DNA of 61,771 bases, from the NCBI GenBank assembly GCA_946619755.1, contig CAMOMI010000002.1:1-61771 (forward strand). Reading direction: 5' to 3'. The stretch is from an uncultured Clostridia bacterium. Its GTDB lineage: Bacteria > Bacillota_I > Bacilli_A > RF39 > UBA660. Below the pieces are notes generated by a model. The model searched no databases, was not told the DNA's origin, and saw only the letters and a list, made by a program, of their open reading frames with translations. The first letter of the stretch is position 1; every line of letters begins with the position of its first letter. Both the position numbers and the translations under genes were made by a program. Below are positions 1 through 9,113 of this stretch, piece by piece.

Positions 1-55
1 ATTTACCTATATCATTATCACCTGAGAACCAAGAACCTATACCACCAGTATTAGG
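1..55. repeat. 55-nt string identical to window end 61717..61771 (assembler-style terminal overlap of a circular or permuted contig)
   Basis: nt 1-55 (atttacctatatcattatcacctgagaacc...ccagtattagg) read identically at 61717-61771. The same 55-mer also occurs at 61327-61381 inside the tape-measure repeat array. Confidence 0.9.
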
Positions 56-545
56 TATCTTAGATGTAGATTCAGCTAAAGCTACTAATACTTCGGCAGC
101 GCATTTAGCAATAGTCACTTTATCTTCACCAAATGTTCCTAGATTAGATATAAATCCAGAAATGTTTTTTGCAACACCTGGTAATTTATCACCAAATTCA
201 GAAATATCATTATTTCCAGTAAACAAAGTAATAATTCCTCCAGAATTAGGTATCTTAGATGCAGATTGTGCTAATATAACTAAAACATCAGCAGCACATT
301 TTGCAGTTTTAACTTTATCTTCACCAAATGTTCCTAAATTAGATATAAATCCGTTTATGGAATTAGCCAATGGCGGTAATTGTTCACCAAACTTTTCTAA
401 ATTTCCAGCTTGTCCAAACGTAAAGAAATTAGCTATTCCTTGCAATACATTAGCTGCCGTTAATATCATAATTGCACCAGCTAAAGCTGATACACTATCT
501 AAAATAGATGGATCTACATTTCTTACTCCATTTATAAATCCTTGA
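1..545 (-). repeat. 195-nt (65-aa) tandem coding repeat of the tape measure gene, left part of the array (continues from 60720..61771)
   Basis: The anchor ggtaatt recurs at 180 and 375, and at 60921 (variant), 61116, 61311, 61506 and 61701. The period is exactly 195 nt across the junction. The encoded unit is roughly F.G.NDI..FG.KLP.VG..I..F...LGTF.DEQV..V.AAG.A...LA.SA..IPN.GG. Confidence 0.85.
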
Positions 546-3500
546 GCATTATTCATAAATTCACTTAATTGAGTTCCCATATCAGCCATAGATTTTCCAA
601 TTGTTATAAAATCAGCTACACCATTTATTATCTCAGCTCCAGCCATCATTAATATAGCAGCAGCTAAAATTCCAGCTCCAACTAATACCGATTGGTCTAT
701 TACTCTACAACCATTTATAAATTGTTGTACAGTTTCCATAAAATCAGAAAGATTTTGACCAATTTGTGGTAATGCTGCTGAAGCACCTAACGCTATACCA
801 CCAACAATTCCACCTATTAATTGACCAATTGCTGTACCAACAGCTTGCATAAAGTTTCCGCCTTCTTCAACTAGCCATTTTAAACCAGGTATTTGCGCTA
901 AAGCTCCTATAGCAGCTAATACTACTGATAATTCAGCAATTAATGCACCTAATGCTAATACACCAACAGCAGCAGGTCCTACTAAACTTCCTAAACCAGA
1001 TAACATATACATTAATCCGGTTAAACCAACTAAACCTAATACCCCTTCTAATGATAATATTGGGTCTAATCCCTGTAGGGCTTTACCAATTCCTTCTAGA
1101 ACAACTTTTATTACATTAAATACTGCTTGTATAAAATCTGGAGCATATGCTGCTAATTCATTTAAAACACCAATTAAGAATTCTGCTAAATATTTAACTA
1201 TTAATGGACCATCATTAGCTAATGCTTTTAATATTTCTACTACAATAGTTAATGCTGTAGTAGCAATTTTTGGAGCAGCGGCTAATAATGCATCACAAAT
1301 TATAACAATACCATCGCCAATAGCTTTTATAATTGATGGAATTAAATTTATAATACCAATAATTATAGCGGTTAAACCTGCTACAATTACTGTAGCACCT
1401 CCAGCTAATGCAACAGCTAAAGCTGATATACCAGCAGCCATTAACATTAAGCCTCCACCAATTAATACTGCACCAACACCAAATAATGCTATTGCGCCTG
1501 CAACTGCTAATAAACCTGGTGCTATTTTACTTAATAACATACCAGCAACACCAAGTATTGTAAATGCAGTAGCAATCGCTATTAATGCAGCTACTAATTG
1601 ACCTACTTCCATAGATCCAATCATTTTTAAAGCTAAAGCTAAAGGTATCAATGAACCAATTAAACCATTTATAGCCATTGAACCGGTAAATCCTTTAAAG
1701 TTTCCTGCTATAACCATAGCGGCTGTTAATTCAGCTAAAGCTACACCCATAGCAACTAATGCTTTCTTAATTTGTTCCCAATCTAATTTTCCTAATTGTT
1801 TTAAAGCACCTGCTAATTGAATCATGGCTAATGTCGCAGGTAATAATGCTATTGCACCTTTTATTGATTTACCACCGAAATTTCCTAATAACATTAATGA
1901 ACCAGTTAATTCAGCTAAAGCTATACCCATAACTGTCACGGCTCGCCAAATGTCATCCCATTTCATAGTTGCTAATATTTTTAATGCTCCTGCTAATATA
2001 ACCATAGCAATAGCGGCACCAGTTAAACCAGCAACTCGTTTTCCAAAGTCTAATTTTGGTAAAGCTTTTATAGCTAATACCATTTCCAATAGTACAGCAG
2101 ACATACCAAGCACAGCAACAATCATTTGTTTCCAATCTATAGTACTCATTATTTTTAATGCTACAGAAATTATTAATAAAGCTGTACCCATTTTTCTCAT
2201 AGATTTAGTTGCTCTATATACATCATTTTCTTTAATCAAAGATAAAACTTTTACAACACCAACTAATTCCCATAATACAGCTGATAAACCAGCAACTGAT
2301 ACCAACATTTGGAACCAATTAATTGTACTAGCTATTTTTAGAGCAACACTTAATATAACTAAAGATGTCGATAAACTTCTTATCATACTTACTAATGCAT
2401 ACATCTTAACCGCATCAAGTATTTTAGTATTAAATTTACCTAATAATGCTAAAGCACCTATTAGTTCACCCATACCAATTGCGGTTGCAGTTAAAGCTCC
2501 ACCTAATTTAACTGGATCTATTAATGATAATACTAATAAAGCACCAGCTAATACAAGCATTGCTTTAGCTATTTCCATAATAGCACTAGCTTTAATTGAA
2601 TATTGTAAAGATGATAATGTTTCTTTAACTTGATATAGTGTTCCACTCATATTTCCAACAAATTGTTTAGATCTCATAGTTAACATTTTCATTTGATTTA
2701 TAAATCTTATTAATGCTACTAATAAACCGCCTTGGAATACAGAATTCACAGCTTTAAATGCCAATTCTAAATTTCCAGATTTAAACAATGTGGATATGAA
2801 CAAACCTAATTCAGAGCCTAGTTGTTTTATTAAATTAAATATAGCACTAAATCCTTTTACCAAAGCTCCAAAGATATCAAACTTACTAAAGAACTCTTTC
2901 ATTTTATTACCAAACTTAGTAAGGGCATTTGATACTCCTTCTATGGCATTAGTAAATATTTTAGATTCATGAATAGCATTTCCTAATTTTGTTAACCAAT
3001 TTCCAACAGCTTGAGTTACTCCTAAAATACCACCAGGTACTCCAGTTAAAGCACTCAATAATTTTCCTAGACCTCTAGCTAATGCTGTTATAAATTCTAC
3101 ACCAATACGTACTACAGAAAATAATCCTTTAAAAGTATCTTTTAATTTTTGAGCAGTTTTTTCACTTAATTTTAAATGTGATGTCCATTCTTTGAATTTT
3201 TCTGTATACGATACTAGTTCATCGACAGATTTCTTTGGAAATATTTCTCTAAATCCTTCTTTTATAGGTTTTAATATAGAACCAATATAACCTAATATAT
3301 CACCTATACCTAATAATATATTTTTTAATCCACCTTTTTCGATGAATTGTACAAGATTTTGAAATGCGCTTGTTAATTTTTCATTTAATGCTTTTATAGG
3401 AGCATCTAAATAATTATTATTTAAATCATTAAACAATAATCTCATTTGATTGAACACATCTCTTTGATTTGTCAATAGTGGGTCCCAAACTTTAGCACCA

Positions 3501-4363
3501 ATTCTAGACATAGCAGCTTTCATGTTCGCTAAAGCACCTTCAAATGTTTCATTACCTTTTTTAGCATGCTCACCAAAAGCATCATCCATAGCTTTCGCGA
3601 ATGTATCAAATGAAATTTGTCCTTTTGATACCATATCACGAATTTCAGATTCTGATTTATTTAATGCTTTTCCTAATACTGCTGCTGCATTCATACCTCT
3701 AGCTGCCAAAGAATTTAAATCAATAGCCATAACACGACCTTGACCAGCAACTCTAGTAAATACATTAGCAATATCATCATATGTGCTATTAGTCATTGCT
3801 GCAACACCAGATATGGCTCTCAATGAATAATCCATTTGTTCTCCAACTTTTACACTTGAAGCCATAAATTGAGATGCAGCTTTTGCCGCTGAATCGTATC
3901 CATAAGCAGTATCTTTAACTGCCCAGTTTATACTCTCATCAATACGAGTCCATTGTTTCTGAAATTCTTCAGTACCCAATAAACCCTCTATTTGAAATTT
4001 TGCATTTTGTATATTAAGTGCTCTGTTTTTACCACCATTAACTAGTGCATCACCTAAGGCACTAACTATTTTTTTACCAGCATTAACTGCTGAATTAGTT
4101 AAATTAGCCAAAGCTGTTACACCAATTACTTGTAGTGCAGAAAATCTAGCTTGGACGGTTTCTATACCCTTAGCTAAACCAGACATATCAACATTCTTTG
4201 CCGCTTTATTTAAATTTGATAATCCTTTTCCGCTTTCTAGATCAGTTTCTGTAATTTTCCATTTAAGATTGTCTAATGTTTTTAATGTTTTTGCAACATT
4301 CTTTTCAAAATTACTATTATCAAATTTCATCTGAACGACTTTTTCATCAATAGTTTTACTCAT
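1..4363 (-). CDS. Tail tape measure protein, N-terminal part (ORF runs off the left edge and continues in frame at 61716 if the contig is circular; 2173 aa combined)
   Basis: ATG at 4363..4361 overlaps the upstream stop (ATGA), with GGAGG about 10 nt upstream. The N-terminus MSKTIDEKVVQMKFDNSNFEKNV...GEHAKKGNETFEGALANMKAAMSRIG looks like a TP901/TIGR01760-type TMP core. The spot-translated segments all share one open frame down to nt 1, and the track reports no in-frame minus-strand ORF break, only shadow ORFs (plus-strand and one out-of-frame minus ORF, 1953..2135). Confidence 0.85.
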   Translation of the reverse strand, partial: MSKTIDEKVVQMKFDNSNFEKNVAKTLKTLDNLKWKITETDLESGKGLSNLNKAAKNVDMSGLAKGIETVQARFSALQVIGVTALANLTNSAVNAGKKIVSALGDALVNGGKNRALNIQNAKFQIEGLLGTEEFQKQWTRIDESINWAVKDTAYGYDSAAKAASQFMASSVKVGEQMDYSLRAISGVAAMTNSTYDDIANVFTRVAGQGRVMAIDLNSLAARGMNAAAVLGKALNKSESEIRDMVSKGQISFDTFAKAMDDAFGEHAKKGNETFEGALANMKAAMSRIGAKVWDPLLTNQRDVFNQMRLLFNDLNNNYLDAPIKALNEKLTSAFQNLVQFIEKGGLKNILLGIGDILGYIGSILKPIKEGFREIFPKKSVDELVSYTEKFKEWTSHLKLSEKTAQKLKDTFKGLFSVVRIGVEFITALARGLGKLLSALTGVPGGILGVTQAVGNWLTKLGNAIHESKIFTNAIEGVSNALTKFGNKMKEFFSKFDIFGALVKGFSAIFNLIKQLGSELGLFISTLFKSGNLELAFKAVNSVFQGGLLVALIRFINQMKMLTMRSKQFVGNMSGTLYQVKETLSSLQYSIKASAIMEIAKAMLVLAGALLVLSLIDPVKLGGALTATAIGMGELIGALALLGKFNTKILDAVKMYALVSMIRSLSTSLVILSVALKIASTINWFQMLVSVAGLSAVLWELVGVVKVLSLIKENDVYRATKSMRKMGTALLIISVALKIMSTIDWKQMIVAVLGMSAVLLEMVLAIKALPKLDFGKRVAGLTGAAIAMVILAGALKILATMKWDDIWRAVTVMGIALAELTGSLMLLGNFGGKSIKGAIALLPATLAMIQLAGALKQLGKLDWEQIKKALVAMGVALAELTAAMVIAGNFKGFTGSMAINGLIGSLIPLALALKMIGSMEVGQLVAALIAIATAFTILGVAGMLLSKIAPGLLAVAGAIALFGVGAVLIGGGLMLMAAGISALAVALAGGATVIVAGLTAIIIGIINLIPSIIKAIGDGIVIICDALLAAAPKIATTALTIVVEILKALANDGPLIVKYLAEFLIGVLNELAAYAPDFIQAVFNVIKVVLEGIGKALQGLDPILSLEGVLGLVGLTGLMYMLSGLGSLVGPAAVGVLALGALIAELSVVLAAIGALAQIPGLKWLVEEGGNFMQAVGTAIGQLIGGIVGGIALGASAALPQIGQNLSDFMETVQQFINGCRVIDQSVLVGAGILAAAILMMAGAEIINGVADFITIGKSMADMGTQLSEFMNNAQGFINGVRNVDPSILDSVSALAGAIMILTAANVLQGIANFFTFGQAGNLEKFGEQLPPLANSINGFISNLGTFGEDKVKTAKCAADVLVILAQSASKIPNSGGIITLFTGNNDISEFGDKLPGVAKNISGFISNLGTFGEDKVTIAKCAAEVLVALAESTSKIPNTGGIGSWFSGDNDIGK
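1590..2400 (-). repeat. About five degenerate repeats of roughly 60 aa in the hydrophobic core of the tape measure protein (ALK-x5-W/V-x-Q... units)
   Basis: Hand translation gives ALKIASTINWFQM, ALKIMSTIDWKQM, ALKILATMKWDDI, ALKQLGKLDWEQI and ALKMIGSMEVGQL at intervals of about 175-185 nt, embedded in A/G/I/L-rich stretches. Confidence 0.55.
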
Positions 4364-4740
4364 GCTCTGGTAACCTCCTTCCACGCATCTTCTGCGATTT
4401 TATTAAATATAGGTCGTATAGCAGGATTTATATAATCAATTCCTTCTACATAACCACCATTTTTTGTCCCATGACCATATTGTAATATAACTGCTATATT
4501 AACACCGTCATTAACATGGGAATTGTGAAAAGATAACGTAACTGTATCATTTTCACGATTAATCTTGTAATACCAAGATTTAGCTGTTTCGCCAGTATCT
4601 CTTGGTGTCATAGACGAAAGTGCAGCGACCCCCTCTCGACCATAGGCATCAAGATTACCAAGTTTAACAACATTTTTTAGTCTTTCTAAATAACTACTCA
4701 ATCTAGAAAAATCACCTTTTTGGCTGAAAGTTATCATCAC
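4360..4740 (-). CDS. HK97 gp10-like neck/tail component (tentative)
   Basis: 126-aa ORF in the track. TGETAKSWYY...AVILQYGHGTKNGGY resembles the HK97 gp10 family. Its stop overlaps the TMP start. Confidence 0.4.
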   Translation of the reverse strand: MMITFSQKGDFSRLSSYLERLKNVVKLGNLDAYGREGVAALSSMTPRDTGETAKSWYYKINRENDTVTLSFHNSHVNDGVNIAVILQYGHGTKNGGYVEGIDYINPAIRPIFNKIAEDAWKEVTRA

Positions 4741-4744
4741 TTAT

Positions 4745-5284
4745 CTATCCTTTCGTATTATATTTCTTACGACGAGCAGCATTAAGAGCCGAATTTCTAG
4801 ACATTATATCCCTTGCACTCATCTTTTTAGGTGGTGCATTCTTTGCATTACAAACTCTAATTAAAGTAAGAAGACGGTTTAAATGCCATTTTTGACACTC
4901 CATTGGAACATTTAATGCAATCATCCAATAATAAATTAATTCTGATGTTATAATTTCTCTACTTGGTTTGTTATCCAAATTATTAAAAGTTGTTGCTGTC
5001 ATAGAAGTATTAATATATTTATTAATTTGCTCTATGTTGTCCTCAGATAATTGTTCATAAACCATTGGATTCACATTCTGTGTTATGGTCATACAACGAA
5101 TATAGTCTAATGTTTGTTCTAATGTCTTTTCGTCTTTTGACAAAAATGGAGTATTCCATTTGGCTTCCCATTTAGAAAGAGACACAAGAGAGTGCTCTAA
5201 TTGTAATGTTGTTCCTTTAACTGTTATAAATTCTTGTGTTGCATCATTAAACCACTCTCTATCTGGAATCTTTATTGTTAACAT
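4745..5284 (-). CDS. Tail assembly chaperone-like protein (Gp15-like, tentative)
   Basis: 179 aa lying between the tail tube gene and the TMP. Basic C-terminal tail (ARRKKYNTKG). Confidence 0.4.
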   Translation of the reverse strand: MLTIKIPDREWFNDATQEFITVKGTTLQLEHSLVSLSKWEAKWNTPFLSKDEKTLEQTLDYIRCMTITQNVNPMVYEQLSEDNIEQINKYINTSMTATTFNNLDNKPSREIITSELIYYWMIALNVPMECQKWHLNRLLTLIRVCNAKNAPPKKMSARDIMSRNSALNAARRKKYNTKG

Positions 5285-5309
5285 TGTCTCTTACCTCCTG
5301 CAAATATAA

Positions 5310-5762
5310 TTAATTATTAGTAGGTGCAGGTGTTGTATTATTTAATAATTTTAATTTTTGTTCTTCTGGTAATGCTGAAGCTTTTTCTGCAACATCAGCT
5401 GGGATTATACCATTAACAAATTCAGCAGCTTTTGCATCGTCAGTCGCTAATTCCATAAATAATACAGAATATGCCTCTGTTTCTGCGAATTGACGAGATA
5501 GAGGTTGACCATTTTCATCCATTTTGATGAATCTTTTACCATCTGCACTTTTTTCACCATAAGCTTTTAATACAAGCTCTTTGAATATTTTTATTATTGA
5601 TGGTTGGTCTTTTGTTTCTATAATTTTCTTAATTATTTCTGTTAAACCTCCTGTTGTTCCTAATTCCATTTCCATAAGTTCTGCCTTAGATAGGTTAAAT
5701 AGGAATGTCTCCTCTCTTTCAACTCCATTATAATCAGTATATTTAATATTTTTTGATATCAT
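5310..5762 (-). CDS. Tail assembly chaperone-like protein
   Basis: I moved the start to the internal ATG at 5762 (MISKNIKY) because GAAAGGAG lies 8 nt upstream. Acidic 150-aa protein between the tail tube gene and the TMP. Confidence 0.45.
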   Translation of the reverse strand: MISKNIKYTDYNGVEREETFLFNLSKAELMEMELGTTGGLTEIIKKIIETKDQPSIIKIFKELVLKAYGEKSADGKRFIKMDENGQPLSRQFAETEAYSVLFMELATDDAKAAEFVNGIIPADVAEKASALPEEQKLKLLNNTTPAPTNN

Positions 5763-5787
5763 AATCGTTATTCTCCTTTCAATTTTT

Positions 5788-5825
5788 AAATAAAACAAAA
5801 AGGGATTGCACTAATCACAACCCCA
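5788..5825 (-). terminator. Intrinsic terminator after the major tail protein gene
   Basis: Minus strand GGGGTTGTG-atta-GTGCAATCCC (G:U wobbles) followed by TTTTTGTTTTATTT. Confidence 0.6.
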
Positions 5826-5844
5826 TTTATATAATTAATTTTAA

Positions 5845-6546
5845 TTACCCAGCAGCTTGATTTGTAAATATTGTAGCAAGTTCTGTTGGTAATGGTAATC
5901 TAGCATCTACAGCTTGTTGTGGATTTTCACCTGTTGTAGCAGCTTTACCATATAATATTTCTTCTAATGCAGCTAATTCATCAGCATCTACTTTTGTAGA
6001 ATCTATAGTAATTATAGCTGTTGGTTTCATTCCTGGTACTTCAACTGGTGTAGTTGTTAATTCCCAAGAGAATGTTATAGCTTCTGGGCTATCATTAACT
6101 GTTCCATAAGATTTCTCTGATGGTTTTGCTAATGCTCCATAAACTAAATGAATTTTATATCCAGCATCTGGATCAGTATCATTACCAACTTTTGTTTGAT
6201 AAGACATACCAAAAGCTTTTCTTTTTTGTTGTCCTACTTGAACACCTGCAGCTAATGATTTTTCACCATTGCATTCAGCAAATTCATCTGGATATGTGTA
6301 TGCTTCAACTGTAGCACCAAAATCTTCAGCTGACATTAAGTTAAGATACTTAATGTTATCAGCATATAATGGAGTAGCTTCAGCTCCTGATGGAGATTCG
6401 TTAACGTTTGTTAATCCATTCCATGCAACACCTTTAGGATATTCTCCATTTACTTGTGGGTATAAAACACCCTTACTAACACCTGTCTCATAGACTCTTT
6501 CGCCTAATTGATCCCATTTTAATTGTGGTTTAATTTTTTCTGGCAT
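5845..6546 (-). CDS. Major tail (tube) protein
   Basis: 233 aa. GVSKGVLYPQ...GVAWNGLTNVNESPSGAE...YADN is a tail-tube-like pattern. It sits upstream of the chaperone-like ORFs and the TMP and is followed by a terminator. Confidence 0.6.
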   Translation of the reverse strand: MPEKIKPQLKWDQLGERVYETGVSKGVLYPQVNGEYPKGVAWNGLTNVNESPSGAEATPLYADNIKYLNLMSAEDFGATVEAYTYPDEFAECNGEKSLAAGVQVGQQKRKAFGMSYQTKVGNDTDPDAGYKIHLVYGALAKPSEKSYGTVNDSPEAITFSWELTTTPVEVPGMKPTAIITIDSTKVDADELAALEEILYGKAATTGENPQQAVDARLPLPTELATIFTNQAAG

Positions 6547-6560
6547 AATAATTTCCTCCT

Positions 6561-6866
6561 TTAATAATATAATCTGATAACATCGTGATTTAAATTATTA
6601 GCCGTATAATGTCTATCAAAAGATGAATATGGCATTTTTAATATTTTATTAATCACTTCATTATCTGGAATATTGTCAATAACTGTTATATCATAACAAT
6701 TTCGATTTAAATATTTAATATTATCACCATGATAAGTGATATCATCTGCTTTCTGATATCTTATAGCTGGATATTTCATTTGCAGATTTTCAGCTGGTTG
6801 GTAATATACATTACGAGTTCCCAGCATTTCCTCCAGTATTGATTGAAGTTCTAGTCGAGTACCCAT
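6561..6866 (-). CDS. Hypothetical head-tail joining / tail terminator-like protein
   Basis: 101 aa with GGGAGG 9 nt upstream of the ATG at 6866. Lies between the capsid and tail tube genes. Confidence 0.55.
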   Translation of the reverse strand: MGTRLELQSILEEMLGTRNVYYQPAENLQMKYPAIRYQKADDITYHGDNIKYLNRNCYDITVIDNIPDNEVINKILKMPYSSFDRHYTANNLNHDVIRLYY

Positions 6867-7173
6867 GATACATACCTCCCAATGTTAATATAATTCGAGG
6901 GTACTTAACTTCAGCATTTGTTACTTTCCATTTAGTACCCATCCATTCTACATATCTAATATATTGGAAATTTTCATTAGCATATGGATCAGCTACAATA
7001 CTAATGATATTATTAATTGAAATATCGTCATTTACACCATCACTCTGTTGAAAACGACTAGTATTCCTAGTTACATCACCATAATATGATTTTTCGATTG
7101 TTTGATCAGCCCATACACCTGGTTGAACTTCCGTATTTTTTATGTAGCCAACATTTCCATAAAATTTAGCCAT
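6811..7173 (-). CDS. Hypothetical head-tail joining protein
   Basis: 120 aa immediately downstream of the capsid gene. Overlaps the next ORF by 56 nt. Confidence 0.55.
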   Translation of the reverse strand: MAKFYGNVGYIKNTEVQPGVWADQTIEKSYYGDVTRNTSRFQQSDGVNDDISINNIISIVADPYANENFQYIRYVEWMGTKWKVTNAEVKYPRIILTLGGMYHGYSTRTSINTGGNAGNS

Positions 7174-7199
7174 AGCTAATTATTCCTTTCTATATTAAA

Positions 7200-9113
7200 T
7201 TACCCCTCTGGGTTAACAACTGCTTCACCAGCTGTTTTCTTTAATACTATTGCTGAATATGGAACAGTTAATGCACCTGAACATCTTGTTTCCATTAAGT
7301 ATTTCATTTGGTTGTAATCTATATCGAAATCATCGAACATATTTACAGATCCACCTTTATCAGCACCCATAGTATAGTCAGCCATATTTACTATAATACC
7401 AACTATATTAGCATAAGCTTCTTGTTCCATTTCTGGTACAGTTACTATTTCTTTAACTCTTAGAGCTAAAGCTAAAGCAGCTATAGATTCATAAATTCTT
7501 CTACCATTTTGGTCTTCGATTAATAGCATATCCGTTAAATAATCTTCAGTTGTGAAGAATGTTGGTGTTCCAGATCCTTTATATTCTTTTCTAGATCTTA
7601 ATGCAGCTCTTACAATACCTTTTGTAAAGCTATCATTATCAGAAGCACTATTACCTGTTTGTTTATAATCTCTTCCTTCTGTTATAGTATATTTAATTGT
7701 AAATGTGTCAACATCTTTTACTATTGGAACGATGTTTTGTTCGTTAATTTTATCATTATCTGTTATTTCTCTACCATCACCTAGTAATGCAGCTAATGCT
7801 AGTTCCTTATCTAGTTCTTTTCTCATTTCTCTTTTTTGCCATGCAACTACGTCAAAATCTGTTATATCAATAACATCATCTCTGTCGATTTCGTTTTTAA
7901 TATATACAGTTGTTGGTGTTACAACTCTGTTTAAAGCTTGCATTTGAATGTTTACTTTTTTATTACCTTTTATATAACCTTTAGCCCTAGCTTGTGGTTC
8001 TGTCATTTTACCCATAGTTACTTTAACTCTTGAAAATGGTGTATGCTTAATTGAATTCATTACTTTTCCAACCCAAGTTTGATCTTTTTCGATCATTATT
8101 GGTTCTTTATTTAAAGCAGTAGCATCTGGGAATAATTTTCCAATATCTGTAATATTGTTTATAGCAGCGTGTTCAATAACGCTCTCTCTTAAAGATCCAT
8201 ATTTTTTAGCGTCTGCTAATGCATCGCCTAATATTTCTGAGTGTTGTAAAACCTCATCATTATTTGTATCATTATCAAATACATTATGTTTCATATTTTC
8301 TCCTCCATTATCATCATTTTCTTCGTTGTTATCTTCGTCACCTTCGCCTGTAGCATCAGCAACTGCTTGCCCAACGATAGCATAAACAGCATTTTTTTGT
8401 TCATCAGTCATTCCGTCAAATACTTCTTGAACAGTTTTTCCTTCATCATTATGCTCTAAATCTTTTTCTTTGTCTTCATTCATGTCTGAATCCTCCTTTT
8501 TATTATCTTTTTCAGGCTCTTTATCTGAGTCTTCATTTGATTCTTTAGCTCCTTCTCCAACATCTTCTTCAGAATTTCCATTTTGATTTTCTTCAGAATT
8601 TGTAGAATTTTCAGCATTTGAATCTTCAGTCCCAGCATCTTCGCCTTCAGAATGAGAAAGCTCTAAGGCTTCATCTGTATAGATTACACCCTCTTCTTCG
8701 ACATCGGCACCATCGCCATGAACTACGACTGAATCTATATATGCGCCAGGATTAGCACCTGCTAAGACTAAACTAACTTCTCTTATGCAACCATGCATAA
8801 CATTGTTCATATGAGTTTTAAGTTTATTTGCATATATAGATAATTTGTCAACATCACCATTTGCAACAAGAGCTTTTGCTGTTTGTCCAGATTCTGTGTT
8901 GTTGAACTTACAATATGCATAAACACCTTCTGCTCTATTCTCTAGTAATGCATGACCTAGGACTTCATTAACATCATCATGTTGATGATTCCATACCAAT
9001 GGAACTTTTTGTCCATCGTTTTGTTTGAATGCGTCTTTGAGAATGGTTCTACCATCAGAACATTTTATGTTGTTTCTAGTAGCCCATCCACCGAAATCAT
9101 AATCAGTCTTCAA
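7200..9113 (-). CDS. Prohead protease (HK97/S78-like), acidic linker and HK97-fold major capsid protein as a single ORF
   Basis: The N-terminus PLVWNHQHDDVNEVLGHA...REVSLVLAGANPGA is S78 protease-like. About aa 140-280 form a D/E/N/S-rich low-complexity stretch. The C-terminal 350 aa or so (KEPIMIEKDQTWVGKVM...TPTTVYIKNEIDRDD...ALTVPYSAIVL) are capsid-like. There is no stop between the parts. Confidence 0.7.
   Translation of the reverse strand: MKTDYDFGGWATRNNIKCSDGRTILKDAFKQNDGQKVPLVWNHQHDDVNEVLGHALLENRAEGVYAYCKFNNTESGQTAKALVANGDVDKLSIYANKLKTHMNNVMHGCIREVSLVLAGANPGAYIDSVVVHGDGADVEEEGVIYTDEALELSHSEGEDAGTEDSNAENSTNSEENQNGNSEEDVGEGAKESNEDSDKEPEKDNKKEDSDMNEDKEKDLEHNDEGKTVQEVFDGMTDEQKNAVYAIVGQAVADATGEGDEDNNEENDDNGGENMKHNVFDNDTNNDEVLQHSEILGDALADAKKYGSLRESVIEHAAINNITDIGKLFPDATALNKEPIMIEKDQTWVGKVMNSIKHTPFSRVKVTMGKMTEPQARAKGYIKGNKKVNIQMQALNRVVTPTTVYIKNEIDRDDVIDITDFDVVAWQKREMRKELDKELALAALLGDGREITDNDKINEQNIVPIVKDVDTFTIKYTITEGRDYKQTGNSASDNDSFTKGIVRAALRSRKEYKGSGTPTFFTTEDYLTDMLLIEDQNGRRIYESIAALALALRVKEIVTVPEMEQEAYANIVGIIVNMADYTMGADKGGSVNMFDDFDIDYNQMKYLMETRCSGALTVPYSAIVLKKTAGEAVVNPEG

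Noticed and set aside
1-55. The 55-nt identity between window start and end, considered as a biological direct terminal repeat
   Set aside because: Its length equals a common assembler k-mer and it sits in the middle of a gene (the tape measure). It is more likely an artefact of circular-contig output than a packaged terminal redundancy.
162-3743. Plus-strand ORFs 162..545, 1824..2633, 2790..2972 and 3522..3743, and minus-strand ORF 1953..2135
   Set aside because: They lie antisense or out of frame within the tape measure gene. Their low-complexity S/P/N/I-rich translations are typical shadow ORFs of an A/G/L/I-rich gene, and they have no RBS.
4745-5798. Canonical -1 programmed frameshift (G/GT-type) between the two chaperone-like ORFs upstream of the TMP
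   Set aside because: The two ORFs are separated by about 25 nt and each has its own RBS. I found no overlapping extended frame or slippery heptamer.
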